Below are positions 60,639-64,000 of a DNA stretch of 64,000 nt, piece by piece. Under the pieces are notes generated by a model. It was not told the DNA's origin, made no database searches, and saw nothing but the letters and a program-made list of their open reading frames with translations. How positions within the stretch are numbered: the stretch's first letter is position 1; each line of letters begins with the position of its first letter. Source of the DNA: Bdellovibrionales bacterium (GTDB taxonomy: Bacteria > Bdellovibrionota > Bdellovibrionia > Bdellovibrionales > JAUICD01); the NCBI GenBank assembly GCA_965203875.1, contig OZ241914.1:269209-333208 (forward strand). Reading direction: 5' to 3'. A program made the translations under genes and the position numbers.

Positions 60639-63446
60639 ATGAAACTCAAATTTATTAGACATATTTTAAAAGCAGATATTGGTAGAACAAAAGAGTTTTT
60701 GTTCTTTGCAGTGTCTTTTGTGGTGTTTTTTGTATTTACTTATGCCAAAGCTCAAACTACCTACACAGAACCTAGTTCTTATGACTTGCAGCTAGCTAAT
60801 AGAGCTGTCTCCTCTTGCAGAGTCTTACAAGATGTTATTAGCAAAAATAGTCAAATTGAAGACATACCAGCTATTCAAGCTTTTGTTGAATTACAAAAAA
60901 CAGAAGATAGGAATCTTCTAATAGATAACGAATCTTGTAGAGAAAGTATTTTAGAGTTTATTTCAAGTTTATGTAGTTCTAGTTCTTCTAAGAACAATCT
61001 TTATTGCGAAAGCTTAGGTATTAAAAAGAGCTACGATAATGGTGATACTGGAATTGATGACGGTATTAACGATTATAAGAACTTTGGTCAATCTGCTATA
61101 GATAACTTAGGTATAGATCTATCAGATAATATAAGCTTTGAGTCAGGATTAGGTGAAGAAGAAAAAGAAGAAGAGCAGAGCAAACTAAAGTTTTTAGCAG
61201 CAGGTACATTATTTTATTTAAGTCCTGTAAAAAAGCTTAGAACTGCTTCAAATGTAGCTGCTAGAATAAAACCTGTTCTGAGTGGAGCATTGTTAATATT
61301 AGCTACCTTAGGTTTATCGTCTTGTAGTGATGCCACAGGTCCTGAGCCAGTTAAACCTCCAACTGTAGTAGAAACTCCCTGTACTAGAAGAGAATCTGGT
61401 TATTTTCAACTATCAGGCACCGACAACGAATGTATAAAGCTTCCAAGCTTAACTTATTCCTTCATAGCTAATGATGGCACAGAGTCAGATTCATCAAACG
61501 GTGATCCTGATATCAGTATAAAACTAAAGTTTAATTCTGAGGTTGTTTTTATAAATAACTCCGGATGGCAAGAATTAACCGAAGAAAATATTCTAGAGAT
61601 TCTTGAGATCAAAAAGAATGACGCAGACAATGATTTGACTACTCAAGATGGACCTATAACACAAGATAACATAGCTATAACCCAAGAAAGCTCTAACACA
61701 GTTATTACTATATCTCCTCCAAGTAGTCCTAATGGAAAAATCTATCATGTTGGGGATTATTCTATTTTAACCAAAAACTATGCTCCAAGGACAGATGCTG
61801 CAAAAGTACAACAAAGTAGTAATACTGATGCTTATATAACTGCTATAACAAAAGAATCTTCATTTAGTATTACTGGTAATAATCCATGTGTTAGAGGCCA
61901 AGAAGGCCACTTTTATTTTAGAGATGCCAATAATACTGCAAGGTGTGAAAATTTAATCCCAAGCACAACGTACACTGTTAGCTCAAACAATGATCCTCAA
62001 GCTACTTTAGAAATAAGCTTTGGTACTGATATAGTATACATAGACGAAACAGGATGGTCTGAAATAGATGAAAACAAAATTTTAGACATACTATCTATTA
62101 ACCCTGTTGATATTGGTGCTGATTATACCATTAATACTGACGATTTGTTAGTAGAAGATGGTCCTATTAATATAGATCAAATCACCGTAACCAAAACAAA
62201 TTCAAACATCACTATTGAAATAGATCCTCCTAACACCGGATTAAATCCACATGGAGTACATCAGGTTGGTCTATATCAAGCTGGTGATTATATAATATCT
62301 GCTACTAATTATATTAAAAGATCAGATATGGATATAGTGACTCAACATAATATCTTTGGAAGTTATTTAGAAGCTGTAAAAAATAGTAATAGTAAAAGCT
62401 TTAGTATTGATGCTGTAGCAAATTTAGCTTGTGGAGTAGAATCATCTCAGGGTTATGTACCCACAATACCTATTGATGATGAAAACCAAGAGCAATCTTT
62501 TTGCAAAGCTTATGTGCATGATCTACCGCCTGAATTAGCTATGGCAGCACATCATAACTATCAACCTAGAAGAGCTGATCCTAATAAAACTTATGTGATA
62601 GATATTGGCTTTGTAATGTCCGAAAGATATTCTACACCTGGTTGGGATGGCTTTGTGATGAATGAAGTAATTCCTCACGTGAATGGTATTTTTCAAAGAT
62701 CAGGAGTGAATGTGGAATTTAGAGCTGCAGCTATTGTACCCTTCCAAAATTATAGGTATTACTTACCTTGTCAGATTGATACTATAGATTTAAAAAATAG
62801 AAGTGCTGTATCTAGTGTTGTATTTAATATGATTCCCGTAATACGTCAGCATTATGGAGCTGATCTCATTTATACAATACAAAATTATAACAAAAATGTA
62901 GAAGCTTGTGGGATAGCTGCTGCCAGGCTAGATGGTTTTACATCAGAACGAGCGAGCAGAGCTGCCTATGGCTCAGTCGACCCTAGTTGTTCCAGTGAGA
63001 TAATGCCTGATATGTCTAGTCATTCGCAACATCATGTTTTTATAGAAACTTTATCTCATGAAATTGGCCATAACTTAGGATTAGCTCATAACAAAGAAGA
63101 GTTTTCGACATTTCCTGTTAAAGGTATCCCTCCTAAGGCTTACGGGTATAGAGGTGAAGCTAACACGGTATATGGACAAACTTTAGCATATGGAACCATA
63201 ATGTCAGTTCGGACAGCTGCTGTACCTTTCTTTAGTGCCAACAAAACCGTAACTAAAGAAGAATTATGCGTGGATGAAGATAGGCATGATAATCAACTTG
63301 ATGCTGGGTTTTGCCCATCTCATTACGATAAACTGGTTGATGATCAGCTACTTCGTTTAGGAGATGACCAAGTGGATGCTGCGGAAGCTTTGCAGTACAC
63401 AATAGAAGATGCCTCTAAATATTCTTGTAACCCTGGCTCCTGCTAG
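60639..63446 (+). CDS. Secreted metzincin (reprolysin/M12B-like) zinc metalloprotease with a duplicated middle domain
   Basis: HEIGHNLGLAH (HExxHxxGxxH, 63057-63089), YGTIMS Met-turn, N-terminal signal peptide. Confidence 0.85.
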   Translation: MKLKFIRHILKADIGRTKEFLFFAVSFVVFFVFTYAKAQTTYTEPSSYDLQLANRAVSSCRVLQDVISKNSQIEDIPAIQAFVELQKTEDRNLLIDNESCRESILEFISSLCSSSSSKNNLYCESLGIKKSYDNGDTGIDDGINDYKNFGQSAIDNLGIDLSDNISFESGLGEEEKEEEQSKLKFLAAGTLFYLSPVKKLRTASNVAARIKPVLSGALLILATLGLSSCSDATGPEPVKPPTVVETPCTRRESGYFQLSGTDNECIKLPSLTYSFIANDGTESDSSNGDPDISIKLKFNSEVVFINNSGWQELTEENILEILEIKKNDADNDLTTQDGPITQDNIAITQESSNTVITISPPSSPNGKIYHVGDYSILTKNYAPRTDAAKVQQSSNTDAYITAITKESSFSITGNNPCVRGQEGHFYFRDANNTARCENLIPSTTYTVSSNNDPQATLEISFGTDIVYIDETGWSEIDENKILDILSINPVDIGADYTINTDDLLVEDGPINIDQITVTKTNSNITIEIDPPNTGLNPHGVHQVGLYQAGDYIISATNYIKRSDMDIVTQHNIFGSYLEAVKNSNSKSFSIDAVANLACGVESSQGYVPTIPIDDENQEQSFCKAYVHDLPPELAMAAHHNYQPRRADPNKTYVIDIGFVMSERYSTPGWDGFVMNEVIPHVNGIFQRSGVNVEFRAAAIVPFQNYRYYLPCQIDTIDLKNRSAVSSVVFNMIPVIRQHYGADLIYTIQNYNKNVEACGIAAARLDGFTSERASRAAYGSVDPSCSSEIMPDMSSHSQHHVFIETLSHEIGHNLGLAHNKEEFSTFPVKGIPPKAYGYRGEANTVYGQTLAYGTIMSVRTAAVPFFSANKTVTKEELCVDEDRHDNQLDAGFCPSHYDKLVDDQLLRLGDDQVDAAEALQYTIEDASKYSCNPGSC

Positions 63447-63480
63447 ATATTTTCATTTAGCAACTTGTTGCTGGATCAAT

Positions 63481-64000
63481 CTATTTTTCATTTGCTAACT
63501 TAGAGCTTAAAAAGCCATGGATAAACAGTTCTATGTTTCCATCCATAACTCCATCAACATCAGCAGTTTCAATCTTAGTTCTATGATCCTTTACCAGTCT
63601 ATAAGGGTGCATAACATAAGACCTTATTTGACTGCCCCATTCATTTGCCATTTTTGTAGAATGTAATTTATCTTTTTCTTGCTCCTTTTTGTTAAGCTCT
63701 TTTTCATACAAAGCTGACCTAAGCATTTTCATAGCTCTTTTTTTGTTTGCATGTTGAGATCTTTCTTTTTGACAACTCACCACTATACCTGTTGGAGCAT
63801 GAGTAATTCTAATAGCAGAATCTGTTTTGTTTACATGCTGCCCTCCTGCACCACTAGCTCTAAAGGTATCTATTTTGAGATCTTCATTTTTGATCTCAAC
63901 TTCTATATCATCCTTGATATCAGGAGTGGCAAATACAGCAGCAAAAGAAGTGTGCCTTCTTGCATTTGAGTCAAAGGGGCTAATTCTAACAAGCCTGTGA
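63481..64000 (-). CDS. prfB: Peptide chain release factor 2 (3' part; runs off the window)
   Basis: [20 protein letters not shown] (SPF), [13 protein letters not shown] and [13 protein letters not shown]. Confidence 0.96.
   Translation of the reverse strand, partial: HRLVRISPFDSNARRHTSFAAVFATPDIKDDIEVEIKNEDLKIDTFRASGAGGQHVNKTDSAIRITHAPTGIVVSCQKERSQHANKKRAMKMLRSALYEKELNKKEQEKDKLHSTKMANEWGSQIRSYVMHPYRLVKDHRTKIETADVDGVMDGNIELFIHGFLSSKLANEK

Noticed and set aside
63481-64000. Programmed +1 frameshift of prfB
   Set aside because: The CTT-TGA site would lie near the 5' end, outside this window, so it cannot be assessed.

Overview
AT-rich bacterial chromosome segment, most likely from a Bdellovibrionota (Bdellovibrio-like) organism and close to the replication origin. 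The assignment rests on the parA-parB-bactofilin-atpF'FHAGDC synteny, an adventurous-gliding (Glt/Agl) cluster and a Bd0055-type bacterial histone. Most of the window is housekeeping: ParAB with two perfect parS sites, ATP synthase, mltG, tRNA-Val(GAC), rpmG, gpmI, kdsC, class Ia nrdAB, murA-prmC-prfA-rpmE-rho, gatCAB, ligA, fabZ-skp-bamA-lolD-lolC/E and a partial prfB. Three accessory patches stand out: 0.4-3.4 kb, 14.7-18.1 kb and 56.0-63.5 kb. The features least explained by the annotation are: (1) a family of ~100-125 bp intergenic hairpin elements at three loci (1.15-1.42, 19.6-19.76 and 56.05-56.52 kb), with fixed asymmetric ends, stems that differ between copies but stay self-complementary, purine-rich (mostly GNA) triloops and one copy nested inside another; (2) a G13 tract that frameshifts a type IV prepilin-like N-terminus away from a ~1,100 aa cysteine-rich repeat body, a candidate phase-variable pilus adhesin; (3) three paralogous exported proteins carrying four copies of one unnamed domain, each preceded by a sigma28-like promoter and located beside or between the parS sites. 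All calls come from reading the sequence; no searches or computations were run.
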